A stretch of 64,000 bases of DNA from Bugula neritina (taxonomy: Eukaryota; Animalia; Bryozoa). The stretch spans positions 5,674,741 through 5,738,740 of the forward strand of contig OZ037768.1 of the NCBI GenBank assembly GCA_964035545.1, written 5' to 3'. Both the position numbers and the translations under genes were made by a program. The first letter of the stretch is position 1. The number at the start of each line of letters is the position of its first letter. The notes under the pieces were generated by a model. That model did not search any database. It was not told the origin of the DNA and was given only the letters and a program-made list of their open reading frames with translations. Positions 36,756 through 50,023 of this stretch are shown one piece after another.

Positions 36756-37570
36756 GCCCCCTGGTATTGGGGTCGTCCTTTCTGTCCCTGGTCCTGATCA
36801 GCGCTACTCCAGCCTTGCCCCACAGGTGTTGGGGGCATCCGCAAGGCCTGACCGGGGCCAGCACCGGCCAGAATGGTCACCAATTGTCCCAGCATCTCTA
36901 CCATACGGTCCACTTCGGCTTCCAGCGGGAGGGCTTCGGAGCTTGTCGTAGCCCGAGCAGCGCTGACTCCAACTACTGGTGGGTTCCGTTGTGCTCGATG
37001 CATTTGGGTAGCCAACAGGTAAGCTTCTCCAGCCTCCAGGGCATCCTCTATTCTGGTTATCCCTTTAGCTCGTAGGTGATGGTCTAGGCCCAGGTCGTTT
37101 AGGGACTGGACAAAGGCGTCATAGGTGTAACGCTCTTGGTGTTGTGCTGGCAGATCGCTATATGCAATCTGCGCCAGCTTCTTCACCGTCGCGGCATGTT
37201 CTTGTAGCGAGGTCCGCGGGGTGCGGCACAATCTCTCCAGCTTGGTCCTGGCGTCTATGACGGAGGTGCCAAAACGGGCCCGCAGCGCAGCCAGTATGCC
37301 GTCTACGTCCGTTCCCACTCCGTACGGCTTGGCTTGCTCCGTCACCGCCCTCCGCAATTTGATAAGGGCCACTCTATGCGGCCATTGAGCAACTTCCATT
37401 ACCTCTCTAAATTCTTGTATAAATTGTTCGACATCTTCCGACCCAGTAAAGGTGGGAGCTTTCAAGCAATGTCTATAAGCTTCTTCTCCTTCACGATTCA
37501 CAGGATTAACAGCATTTCTACGCTCACCTTCTACTGGGGGTGGTTGCATTCTAGCATGTTCGGTCTCCAT
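36704..37570 (-). CDS. Gypsy gag
   Basis: ORF directly after the PBS with capsid-like LKAPTFTGSEDVEQFIQEF...LRARFG...SLQEHA...LAQIAY; no CCHC knuckle seen. Confidence 0.88.
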   Translation of the reverse strand: METEHARMQPPPVEGERRNAVNPVNREGEEAYRHCLKAPTFTGSEDVEQFIQEFREVMEVAQWPHRVALIKLRRAVTEQAKPYGVGTDVDGILAALRARFGTSVIDARTKLERLCRTPRTSLQEHAATVKKLAQIAYSDLPAQHQERYTYDAFVQSLNDLGLDHHLRAKGITRIEDALEAGEAYLLATQMHRAQRNPPVVGVSAARATTSSEALPLEAEVDRMVEMLGQLVTILAGAGPGQALRMPPTPVGQGWSSADQDQGQKGRPQYQGALNCHGPRTLSLPAGRN

Positions 37571-37585
37571 CTTTGATATACACAA

Positions 37586-37603
37586 ATCCCACCGCTGCCA
37601 CCA
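37586..37603 (-). other. Primer binding site complementary to tRNA-Leu
   Basis: TGGTGGCAGCGGTGGGAT, 1 nt after the 5' LTR; complementary to the 3' end ATCCCACCGCTGCCA-CCA of tRNA-Leu(AAG/TAG type). Confidence 0.9.
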
Positions 37604-37604
37604 C

Positions 37605-37909
37605 TGTTATAGTTTTCAGATTTAGGGTTGATGTGTCACCAAGAGAGTCTATTTAACACTAGAGAAACTTCACCAGTTAAGTCGAGTAGATATCGTTATA
37701 TTTAATGCAAGAATACATAATAAAAATCCAATGTACAACAGTAATGATACACACGTCTATTTAGTTTACAGCACTATCCTCAACTGAGCTAGTAGCGCGA
37801 AGCGGCTACTATTACTTATAAAACAGCCTAGCTAATTGGCTAATACATTGTTCCGGGTCAATACGCAACCTTGCGTATTGTGTTGCTGGTAGCTCCACGA
37901 GCCACCACA
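37605..37909 (-). repeat. 5' LTR
   Basis: Direct repeat of 30463-30767; minus-strand TTATAAG (TATA-like) and ATTAAA (polyA-like) inside. Confidence 0.97.
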
Positions 37910-39174
37910 ATACAATGTTATTCTCATCTATCTCCACTTTGTCCTGTTTGGGTAGCGGGATGTTTTACAGTGTTATGAACAAAGTTTAATCATTTCAGAT
38001 ACAGCCTGCAGAAATAATCTTTCATATAATTTTTTTTATCCAATTCAAACAATAATAAGCAAGATAAATGGTGAAATCTACACACAGATATAAAATAATA
38101 ATGTAAACTTTGATCAACCTTTAACCGACTTCTAACTGGGGGTCGTCTAACTGAAATTTGGTCGCCTGACTGAAAGTCGTCTATCTGGAATGACACCCAC
38201 CATATAAGTACTCCGCTACAAGTGCAGTATAGGATATCACTAGACTATCAGCATGCTTGCCTTAATTCATTAGTGTCAAAAATATACACTGTTTCTTATC
38301 TTGATGCTCATGGGTTAGCGGTTAAAGAACATCCTGGCATATACATGCATAATTTAGTTATCAAGCATTAGTGAAGTCAAAAAATTTGTTGACAAAAATA
38401 ATTGAATTTGCAATTAAAGTAAGGATGATTAACATGTTAACAGCATAGCTTGAGGTGAAGTCTAAAACCCACCTACTTGCACTTGCGATAGTTGCCAAGT
38501 TTCTACCTATACTAATGCCACACAAGCTGTTGGGCAGGCAAGATGTGTGTGTGTAAGTGCGTGTGTGTGTTTATTTCATCATAGACATTTACACTGATTA
38601 TAAAATAGATGAAAAAAGAAACGACAATAATTATCAAAAGAAAGTGTAGGTAACAAGGAAAAAAATTATTTTGAAGATGATGATGGGGCCCATTGCGAAA
38701 AAGGCAAAGCCAGCAAGAACGCGAGCCCGAGTCAATAGTGCATCATACAAATTAATGAACAAATCAAATGTTCACTCTGTAGAGATGAGGTGCTGTCTCA
38801 GCTCTCCCTTAAAATTACCTAAACAGGGTATCATTCTCATGTTAATTGTTTGTTACTAAAATTTGAATTGAAAAAAGTAAAATAGCTGCAAATAATTGCT
38901 GTTGTTGTTTGTAACTGGCATTACATCCTTGCTATCAGAGTTTTTGCACAATGATGACAATAAAAACTAGTTATATACTTTCTAAAGTTATCTGTACTGT
39001 TTTCAGTTAGGCTTGTTGCTTTATTGATAAAATTAATTTATCTGTTTGGTACTAATATAAAATTATGATTCAAAAGGAATATCATAGAAAAATTTCAAAA
39101 CAAAATATACCAAAGCAGTGACATCATAATAATCAAACTGGCAAAGTGTGAGAATTAATTTCAAGTCTTCAGCA

Positions 39175-42100
39175 TCAGACTGTAGTTGTTGCGGCACATT
39201 CAGCAGTGATGTCATTTCCTTTAGATGGCTTAGAAGCATCTGTTGGCGGGAAATAACGAGTCTCGAGATGCTGTAAACGCAGATTAATGTTTTGGGTTAA
39301 TAGACATCGCACCAACATTATGAGGAGCATTGAAAAACTGCAATATAATTTATCAGAAGTTATGCTTGTAATATTTACATTTGCAGCAGAGAAAAAAATG
39401 TGATCTGATGTGTCAAAAAACTATAATTATATTCAGTGAGCTGCTTTGTTGGTTCAATTGCTTACAGGATCCTTAGCTAGCAAACTATCTTCAGCTGAAT
39501 CTTTACACACTCAGCATAAAACTCTCTTGTTAACTATTTATTTTAAAGAGTGTCTTTGTTGTAACAGCACTCACCCCATTGACCTTCTCTCCAGCCATGT
39601 TTTCACAACTATCAAACTGCATGTAACTGTGATAAGATTTCTCCAATTCTCTAATTCGTTCTTCAGTCCATTGACCAGTTGATGTTATATTTTCAAAGTC
39701 CTCATTAATGTTTCCACTTTCAACAGCAGAGAAAAATTATTGGAAATACATAACAAGAAAGAAGTGAAATTAAACACAATTTACTAAAGCTAATTGTGTT
39801 GAGTTGAAGCAATTAAAGTGATGCTCGCTTTGCTTTATTTAGAAAAATAGAAAAGTAATTATGCAATTTAGAGAAGTTTGAATTTATAAAACACCTCACT
39901 GTTTTATAAAATTATCATATTAGTTTACAAGTAAAATTAGCAGCTATATTGATATTATAGGGAGATATACAATGAACACCAGTGTACGTTACTGCTGGGC
40001 AGAAGAGATGAAAAATTTAAGTGCTTGATATGCTTGAATTTGGACTCAAAATATCTTTTGAGAATACTTTCCTGCCAACTTCTCATTATCTAATCTAAAT
40101 AGTATGAGTATTTGAAACAAACTTAACATCACACATATGCTCATTTCAAATTTTATCTAACAAAATAACAAATTCTTGAAATCCCAATCAGTAGTCCTTG
40201 GAAATATTTAAAACTAAATGATCATGCATTTCCACATATGTGATTAAATTGTTATAAAATTTAAGCATAAAATTTTAATGAATACAATGAAACTCTAATA
40301 CGCTATCATTATAAGCTACAACTCTGACTCAATTTCTACTAACTTACTTAATCATTAAACATACTGGGACTTACTCAGGGATTGTAGTTGGGTATTTCAA
40401 ATTCTCATTAAAGAATTGTCGGGATATTTTAGGGTCTGCCCAGGCTGGTGCTGTGAAGCATTCAGCTATTTCTTGAGCAGGATAGTAGAACAAGAAATTG
40501 ATGCACATCTCGAAACTAGATGGCGAACCACCCTAAAATAAATATTCAAACAACATGATAAAACTATTTTTAAACCAATAGTTAATATTCAAATAACTGT
40601 CCATCACCCTCAGTCTTTAACACAGAATTGCGCTAAGTGAAACACTGCAAGCTACAACAAAATAGGTATATAAATGCAGAGAGAACTTATGGCTGAAAAG
40701 ATAGCGGTGTTTCAACTTTTACATACTAATTATTTAAATTGATGCTCCCCACCCATCGCCCTTTGTAAAACCCCTTTTGTGATATTGAAGAAATTTTATG
40801 GTGCCGGCTGCAGATGAGAATTGTATCATAGCATAGCCTTTGTTACAACTAAGAGATCAATGAACATAGTTACTTACATAAGTCATACCAGTTCTTCCTT
40901 CAGTATTATAATTACATGTAACCATGAAGTCATCTCCCTACAAGGTATAGTGAATATGCATATTTTCATGTAGCATTTCAATGTGCATTGCATAGCAAGC
41001 TTTATATGCACCTTTATTAGGTTGGCAAATTGATAATAAACCTACAATCACTCTTACTACTCTGTAGTGTACTGGCACTTACTGGAAGCACCTCAATAGG
41101 TTTTTCGAACATCTTCACTTGTTGATAGTTGAAGTCATAGTGTCCATCTCTATCTATGATTCCTATCTCTGTACCATTTCGAAAATGTCTGGCAGTAATT
41201 TGTCGTGCAGCAAAATGTCCATGTCAAGAACTACCAAATATTTTTATTTTTTCTTTCAGCAACTGTTTGAAAATATCAAAACGAGGCTCAGCACAAATTA
41301 TACATGTTTGTAATAGTTGATGAGATGGACAATTTTATTACATGGGATTTATTAGTTATATTTATTATATGTACAACATACACTATTAGTACAGCTTCCA
41401 GCACAATAGCCTGTGTAATCAAAGCTCTTGAGTTGGGGTGGAACAGCAATACCTGGTATTCCTCCTGCACTAATAATTCCAGCATCATACTTTCTCAGAG
41501 TTTTGGTGAGAGTCAACCTTAACCCTGACATCATAAACATATTTTTCATCACAAGACAGCGAACATGATATTGCAAGTCATTGTTGAGCAGTTGCAATAG
41601 AGATTTTAAAGTTTTAAGACTAGTTAAAAATCACCAATATAGTGTGATAGATGTACCAGAGCTGTCTACTTTTCCAGCAACAAGCTGTTGGTTGTCATAA
41701 TGAATTTCTAATAAATAGTAGTCTGCAGGAGCATCGGCGTGTCCTAGAGGATATCCAGCTTCCGCAGGATAATAAGTAGTCTAAAACAACCCGCACACAG
41801 GTCTATGTTTTAAAGAGTATGGGTAATAATAACAAGAGACTCATACATGCCTATGTAGTGAGTGCACAAGGGTATGACAAGTCTATTTTTATAACTGTGT
41901 GCGATATGTAAATAACAGTATAAAGAAGTTCGTACCCCACCACCAATGGACCAGACATTAATTAGAGCTTTGCATGTCTCCAAGTCCTGAGGCATGTTAG
42001 CATTGTAACACTCAAAGGAAGTGTTTCTGGTTTCAAAGTAGTGACTTCTGTTCACGTTGTCGAAACATCCATAAAGATCCATGTGGTGCACAGTTCCAAG

Positions 42101-43379
42101 GTTTTCCTTTTGAATCAGTGGTTCAACCTATAAATATTTAACGGAATCCAGGTTTGACTAAAGTTATAAAAATATAAAATATAAAACAGTAAAAACAACA
42201 ATCATTTTCATCAATTTATATTAGGATGTTTCTGTATAAAACGGTTTCTTAATAGCATTGAAGGAAAGTATCAATAATACATTTTTGAATATTGATCTTT
42301 TATAATATAATATAATTTCTAATAAAAGAAAATCATATGTTTTATATTGATTTTCTGATCGTACTTTTATCAAGTGATGTTTCCCATTCAACTTGGGAGC
42401 CCTTTTTATCTCACACAAATACCGGGTGTGGAATGCGGGAATCTGGGCCTGCAATCAAAAAATTGATTATTAAAACAATATGCCATAAAATATATACCAA
42501 CAATAATAAATTTCAACATTGACTATATTTTAGAATTATATATTCCATTATAATTCGTTATATATTATATTATATTATAGAATGATACTTTATCAACTGT
42601 GATGTCAAAAGTAAAAGCGTCATCTGGTATGTCATGTTCTACAGAGATTTTCCTTCTCAGGTAAATACTTCTGGTACCTCTGTTGGATGCAGTATGATAT
42701 GATACTGTATCACTACCGTCTGCTGAGATGGCATAAATTACTCTCAGTGTGTCCGTCTGAAAACCAAACATAGCTTTATAAATATTGTTGCTTCTTATTT
42801 TCAACTTGTAGGCATAAAGTGTCCTGTTTATCACTAAATGATTTGTGAAAACAAAATGTCAAAAATTACCCCAATAGACATGTCCTTCTCATCACATGTA
42901 TTGTGCTTTCTGGTGAACTTTATTGTTGTTACTCCATTTTCTTGAGATCCTTCCAGAAGTTCTACATCCTGAGAATCGTCCATTTTAGGATATCCGTTTC
43001 TCTCTGCATATCTATCCTGTAATACACCAAACCATAGCTCATTATATAAAAGAGTTGAATTATATAATGTTAATTACACGTGATGTTATTGCAAATGTTA
43101 TATTACAACACTACCCACCTGTAAATATGGTTTACCATCAGCAAACCCTGCAGTAATGATATCAGCTCCAGCCATTCCACCATTAGGACTGAATCCTATT
43201 CCAAACCATCCTGTAGTTTTAACTTTAGCAGTGATAGTTATGTTGGTGTCAGAATACTGCCACTCTATATGGAATCTCTCCTTTGGATCTAAATATGCTG
43301 ACTGTGATAAGTCAGTGTCAGCAGAGAGGGCACAACCCCATATGGAGAGTAACACTAGTGTTAGTGTAGCAGGCGACAT
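39175..43379 (-). pseudogene. MOXD1/DBH-like copper type II monooxygenase copy A; intact except for one in-frame TGA
   Basis: Signal peptide MSPATLTLVLLSIWGCALS, DOMON (GWFGIGFSPNGGMAGAD), VHHM, EIHYDN, HGH and EMC copper ligands, with canonical splice sites. TGA at 41224-41226 where copy B has TTA. Confidence 0.8.
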
Positions 43380-43569
43380 TATGCTTCCTAAAAAAAGTCA
43401 TTCTTTTATATTCTAAAAACATCATCAGCTTAAACATTTAAATTAAGTGTAAATTATAATAATTAGTGCCAATCACAAACGAAATAAATGAAGCATTCTA
43501 AATACTAAACTTGTATAGCTAAATTATGATGTGCTTTCATCAGGTGCGAATTCTGTTTTAAAGGAACAT

Positions 43570-43728
43570 AATAAGTATTGAAATATTTTATGTTGTTCAT
43601 TTGTTGGCAAATACCTAAATTTTAGATAAAATTTACAGGATTGCAAATTTACAAAATAAGTATTGAAATATTTTATGTTGTTCATTTGTTGGCAAATACT
43701 TAAATTTTAGATAAAATTTACAGGATTA
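43570..43728. repeat. Local tandem duplication, period about 86 bp
   Basis: ataagtattgaaatattttatgttgttcatttgttggcaaatac...ttacaggatt occurs twice. Confidence 0.85.
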
Positions 43729-45529
43729 TAGATAGTCAAATCTTAAAACACAAGTTATAGAGTAAGAATGATAATACTCACTTTTGTAGGGAGAAATGGT
43801 CTAATACTACATGATCATTTTCTGAGGTACCAGTACTTATATATGTCTTTTGTCAACGCCTATCTTTCTCTCTGCATCATATCATTATTTTATCTGCTAT
43901 CACAAGATTATATATTTTACTATACAAATAACATGGCAAAGTAAGGTAAATACTCTTATATTGAATATTAGCTGTCTGCCTATTGCTATCAGTATTGTGT
44001 CCAAGTCTAAGTCATTATCCTACACAGCAAACAGCCAATATATATTATATGCACAACAGTTGGACCTTATCACGAGGAGTAGTTACATAATTGATGGACA
44101 TTACTGATTAAGTTCACGAATACTTTCAATTCTTATCTTTGCTGTCTACGCAGCAGAGTTCAACAATCTGCAGCATTAAAGTAATATAGTTACATTGGTG
44201 TGAGTGTGGTATAGGTGTGGCGTGAATGAAAGCGGAAAGTATAAAAGGGAGTGTGAGAGAGAGAATAAGAGAGTGAGAGATTTGAGTATATTTGAATGCG
44301 CAAAATAAAATAGGTTAGGGTGTGTTAGTGAGTGCCAGCAGCAGAATCTGGACTGCAGAGCACCACCAGACAAACACCCTACCCCGGGGTCCTAATTCTA
44401 CCCCTACAGATTGACATTACTGGGGCAACCTCGCAAGGCACCCATACCAATATACCAACCTGAGCTAACCCGAAGGTCACAACAAATATATTATCTGGTG
44501 AGTTTGCAGTAACTCTAAACTGTAAAATTCCAACACAACAATACTAAGTATGATTAGCATGGCTATTTCTCCTTCTCATTTTGTATTTTATATGTTACTT
44601 GTTTTCGGCATTATTTGTAAAATTTAAAAGATAGAGTATCTTCTATATCTTGACAAACTAAGTTCTAGTGATCTGATTAATTACTAAAAGTACATGTCTG
44701 AGTAACATGCACAAAGCAGATGTAAAAATACTTCTAAGCTAGTAACAACTTTTAAGTTTTTTTAGAGGTTTAAACAGTAAGAGGTTGAATTTTTGTTAAA
44801 TTTAAAATGAGAGTTGTGTTTGATGAGTGATACATGGTGCATATAATCAGACTTTCATTCTTAGCACACAGGTAAACACGTAATATAAATGAAGGCTATC
44901 TGGTGATGCTTGATAATAGCCTGATACGCAAATGCAAAATATTTATCCATTTAAAGCTTTTGTGCATAGCAAAATTATCTTTAGTGGTAATATCAAATAT
45001 TCTGTCTGTGTGTCGTTAGACCTCAACCTACGGAAAATCTTAAATTTCTTGTACAGCCAAAGATAAATATCTTGACGTAGAATTGGTTTCACATCATTTG
45101 TGCTGATTCCATGCAATGACTTGTGTTGGTGTTTCAATAATTATTGTTAATAACTGTTTATTTTTTGCTTATATCCATTAAATAAAGACTAGTGTAGACT
45201 GAAAAACTTGAACTATAGAGAAATCGAAGTAATTTAATTAATTAATTGACCATGTGCCATTTGTTCATTCAGTTTTAAATTATTATTTCAATGTGTGATT
45301 TTTTCACAGCAGAAGGCATGGCACCAAAAAATGCTTATGTTGTATGCCGCCCATGTTTTCAATTAGAAGTGTTAATTTATTGATAGAATTAATTTTTCTG
45401 TTTGATGGCAACAGAAACACTATGATTTAAAAGAAATATCAAGAGTAAATTTCAAAACAAATACAAATTAAAGCAGTGACATCATAATCAAACTGGCAAA
45501 GTGTCAGAATTTATTTCAAGTCTCCAGCA

Positions 45530-48500
45530 TCAGACTGTAGTTGTTGCGGCACATTCAGCAGCGATGTCATTTCCTTTAGATGGCTTAGAAGCATCTGTTG
45601 GCGGGTAATAAGGAGTCTTGAGATACTGTAAACGCAAACCAGTGTTTTAACTTAATAAACATTATACCAACATTTTTATAAACATTTGCAAGTTACAATA
45701 CAATTTTTTAGCATAAAAACCTTTGATAAACAATTTTAAACAATGTCTTTGTTGTAATAACACTTACCCCGTTGATCTTCTCTCTAGCTATGTTGCTGCA
45801 ATCATCAACCTGCATGTAGCTGTGATAAGATTTCTCCAATTCTCTAATTCGTTCTTCAGTCCATTGGCCAGTAGATGTTATCTTTTCAAAGTCCTCCACA
45901 ATGTTTCCACTTTCAACAGCAAAGAAAATTATCAAACATATATATAACATCTACGCTAATGCTGTAAACACATAGCTAAAATGAAGTGGAGATCAAGCGA
46001 AATTTCCTAAAGCTGAGTTAAAGCAAGCAAGGTAAGCCTGGTTTTATTTTATTTAAAAACTTTTGTTCTTTTCTAGAAAACGTGTATGTATTTTAATAAG
46101 CAAAGCTTGAATTTACAAAGCATTTTAAGGTAGGTATATTTTTCAAGCTTGCATAAAACCATCACATTAGAATAGGTTAAGCTAGCAGCTGCTTATGTGC
46201 TAGTCAGTTGCTGATCATTCTAGCACAAGCTACTGCTTGAAGAAACAAGAAACTTGATTTCCTGTTGGATTCACTACAACAGCCTATTGAGAATCTCTTC
46301 CTCTTCAGATGCACAGACACATGAGTTTATTTGAAAAGAATATACCATTACATGCTGACAACATGCGTATACTCATTAATTTTTAATTTGAGTTTACAAA
46401 ATGAGAGATTATTCTCTGTTGGTAGTTGTCAAAAATACCCAGTGCTGACTTATCTTTCATTTCTGAATCTACTATGGAACTGCTAAACAACAAAAGCTTT
46501 AGATTTGTATCGTTAATTATTAAAAATTTAACATACTATCATCATAATCTACAACTCTGACCCAGTTTCTACTAACTTACTTAGTCATTAAACACATTGG
46601 GACTTACGCAGGGACTGTAGTTGGGTATTTCAAATTTTCATTAAGGAATTGTCGGGATATCTTGGGGTCTGCCCAAACTGGTACTGTGAAGCATTCGGAT
46701 AGCTCTTGAGCAGGATAGTAGAATAAGAAACCGATGCACATCTCGGAACTGGATGGAAAGCCACCCTGAAATAATAATATAAGCAATGTAATAGAATAGT
46801 TTCAAACACTAATTATTTAAATTATTGTGTCTCCCTACCCATTATCCTTTGTAAACCCCCTCCCCCCTGTGATACAGAATTGAGCTATATAAAAAACTCT
46901 CATGAATTAGACAGCTGCAGAAGAGGTTTGTATCATGACATAGCCTGGCAGCACGGAGATGTCTTTGTTACAACTAAGAGATCAGTGAGCAGGTTACTTA
47001 CATAAGTCATACCAGTTCTGCCTTCAGTGTTATAATTACATGTAACCATTATGTCATCTCCCTGCAAAGTATAGTGAATATGTAATATCTCAATCACAGA
47101 AGAAGTGTTTTATATACATTCTCTATAAGCATACAAAAGCAAAATACACATATATGAACATATAACTAAAACTATATAAGCCTATTATAGATTATATACA
47201 TATTATATGCCTATTTGGTACACAAGAGTTCCATATATTATACTATATTCAACACTATTGAAATAGCTACAACGCATTGTACCTTCTATATGAATTTAAT
47301 AAACCTACAATCACTCTTGCTACTCTGTAGTGTACTGGCACTTACTGGAAGCACCTCAATAGGTTTTTCAAACATCTTCACTTGTTGATAGTTGAAGTCA
47401 TAGTGTCCATCTCTATCTATGATTCCTATCTCTGTACCATTTCGAAAATGTCTGGCAGTAATTTGTCGTGCAGCTAAATGTCCATGTAAAGCACCACCAA
47501 ATATTTTTATTTCTTCTTTCAGCAACTGTTTGAAAATATCAGAAGGAGGCTCAGCACAAATTATAATACATACCTGTAATAGTTGATTTGATAAACATTT
47601 TTTATTTATTAGCTATAAATATTATATGTAAAACATACACTGTTAGTACAGCTTCTAGCACAATAGCCTGTGTAATCAAAGCTCTTGACTTGGGGTGGGA
47701 CAGCAATACCCATTATTCCTCCTGCACTAATAATTCCAGCATCATACTTCCTCAGTGTTTTAGTGAGAGTTAACCGTAGCCCTAGCGTCATAAAAAGTTC
47801 TTTATTACAAAACAACAAACATGATACTGCAAGTCATTGTTGAGCAGTTCTAAACATTGAACTCAAACTATATAGTTATAGTTCAATGGTTCTAAATATC
47901 TGAGGAATAGTCCAAAATCTCAACACAAATATAATGTGATAGATATACCAGAGCTGTCCACTTTTCCAGCAACAAGCTGTTGGTTGTCATAATGAACTTC
48001 TAATAAATAGTAGTCAGGAGCTTCGGCGTGTCCCAGAGGATATCCAGCTTCCTCGGGGTAATAAGTTGTCTAAAACAACCGACACACAGGTCTATGTTTT
48101 AAAGAGTATGGGTAATAATAACGAGGGCTTCATACATGCCTATGCAGTTCACAAGAGTATGAAATCATTCAATAAGCAGCTCCGAGTTGGGGTGACTGAG
48201 TGCAAGAGGTAGGTGCAGTAATGGAGAAATTAAGAAAAGCCTGTGTTCTTGATTAAAAATGTAGCATAAGAAGTCATGTTCTCGCGAGAATTTCAACCTT
48301 CGCCACAAACCAAAGTTTGATAATAAAATTAAAGAACTTAAGTTATCTCAATTTCTCCACTACTGCTCTTAAATGAAGTGCAACAGCTTAGGATTCTGAA
48401 GTTTAAAGTTGAGAGTTCCTAGTTCCAACTTTAAACCCCTAACTCTAAACTCGCGAATCCTAAACTACTGCACTCATTCACCCCTAACTCAGAGCTGCTT

Positions 48501-50023
48501 ATAGTATCATTAGGTATAACAAGTCTACTTTATAGTTATGTGTGATTATATATAAATAAAAGTGTACAGAAGTTCGTACCCCACCACCAATGGCCCACAC
48601 GATAACTGGAGCTTTGCATGTCTCCAAGTCTTGAGGCATGTTAGCATTGTAACACTCAAAGGAAGTGTTGTTGGTTGTAAAGTAGTGACTTCTATCCACT
48701 TTATCAAAGCATCCATAAAGTAACATGTGGTGCACAAACCCAAGGTTTTCCTTTTGAATCAGTGGTTCAACCTATAAAAATTTAATGGAATCCAGGTTTT
48801 ATAAAAACTACAGAAATGTAAACCATTAATTACTAACAACAATTATTTTCAATTTAGTACTTGAATGTTGCAAACATATAGCATGTATATTAGGATGTTC
48901 CAATATAATTTTTTTTCGTATGGCATTGAAGGAAAGTATCAATAATAAATTTTTGAGTATTGATATTTTATAATATAATTTTTAATAATAGAAAATCATA
49001 TGTTCTATATTGATTTTCATGTCATACTTTTATCAAATGGTGTTTCTCGTTCAATTTGGGAGCTCTTTTCACCTCACACAAATACCGGGTGTGGAATGCG
49101 GGAATCTGGGCCTGCAATAAGAAAATTGATTATTAAAACAATTTATGCCATAAAATATATACCAGATTTCAACATTTTTTAGCATGTTTTAGAATTATAT
49201 ATTCAATCATAACTTAATATATATTATATGATAGAAATATACTTTATCAACTGTGATGTCAAAAGTAAAAGCATCATCTGGTGTATTGTGTTCTACAGAG
49301 ATCTTCCTTCTCAGGTAAATACTTCTGGTACCTCTGTTAGATGCAGTATGATATGACACTGTATCACTACCGTCTGCTGAGATGGCATAAATTATTCTCA
49401 TTGTGTCCGTCTGAAAATCAAACATAGATTTATAGAAATTGTTACTTCTTCATTTCAGCCAGTAGACATAAAGCATTCTGTTTATCTCTGAATGATATTT
49501 AACAAAAACAAATTAAATACCCTAATAGGCATGTCCTTGTCATCACATGTATTGTGTTTTCTGGTGAACTTTATTGTTGTTACTCCATTTTCTTGAGATC
49601 CTTCCAGAAGTTCTACATCCTGAGAATCATCCATTTTAGGATATCCGTTTCTCTCTGCATATCTATCCTGTAACACACCGTAGCCTTTTACATAAAATAT
49701 AAATTTATGAGGTTGAATATGTTCCATGTTAATGGAACAAGTTATATTACAACACTACCTACCTGTAAATATGGTTTACCATCAGCAAACCCTGCAGTAA
49801 TTATATCAGCTCCAGCCATTCCACCATTAGGACTGAATCCTATTCCAAACCATCCTGTAGTTTTAACTTTAGCAGTGATAGTTATGTTGGTGTCAGAATA
49901 CTGCCACTCTATATGGAATCTCTCCTTTGGATCTAAATATGCTGACTGTGAAAGGTCAGTGTCAGCAGAGAGGGCACAACCCCATATGGAGAGTAACACT
50001 AGTGTTAGGGTAGCAGGCGACAT
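45530..50023 (-). CDS. MOXD1/DBH-like monooxygenase copy B
   Basis: Same exon structure as copy A; VHHMLLYGC, WAIGG, EVHYDN, GALHGHLAAR, YDFNYQ, SEMCIGFLFYYP; stop at 45530-45532. Confidence 0.92.
48175..48499. mobile_element. MITE-like foldback element in an intron of copy B
   Basis: Imperfect TIR of about 30 bp (AGCAGCTCCGAGTTGGGGTGACTGAGTGCA / TGCACTCATTCACCCCTAACTCAGAGCTGCT) with TA on both flanks; absent from the homologous intron of copy A. Confidence 0.8.

Larger units (their letters stand above)
30463..37909 (-). mobile_element. Full-length Ty3/gypsy LTR retrotransposon (7447 bp)
   Basis: 305-bp TG...CA LTRs, 4-bp target-site duplication ATAC (30459-30462 and 37910-37913), PBS and PPT present, and gag followed by PR-RT-RNaseH-IN in gypsy order. 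Confidence 0.98.

Noticed and set aside
38125-38195. Three spaced copies of GTCG(T/C)CT(A/G)(A/T)CTG
   Set aside because: Too short, and no matching terminus found; possibly a transposon subterminal remnant.
39000-39175. SECIS element for the TGA in MOXD1 copy A
   Set aside because: No AUGA/AA/GA kink-turn hairpin found by eye. The UTR is nearly the same as that of copy B, which has no TGA, and the aligned residue is Leu, not Cys.
44190-44490. Solo-LTR-like island (GTATAAAAGG, GA-rich tract, AATAAA, ends CACAACA)
   Set aside because: Could not define a TG start with a matching target-site duplication. It may be a repeat fragment, but this cannot be supported without a search.
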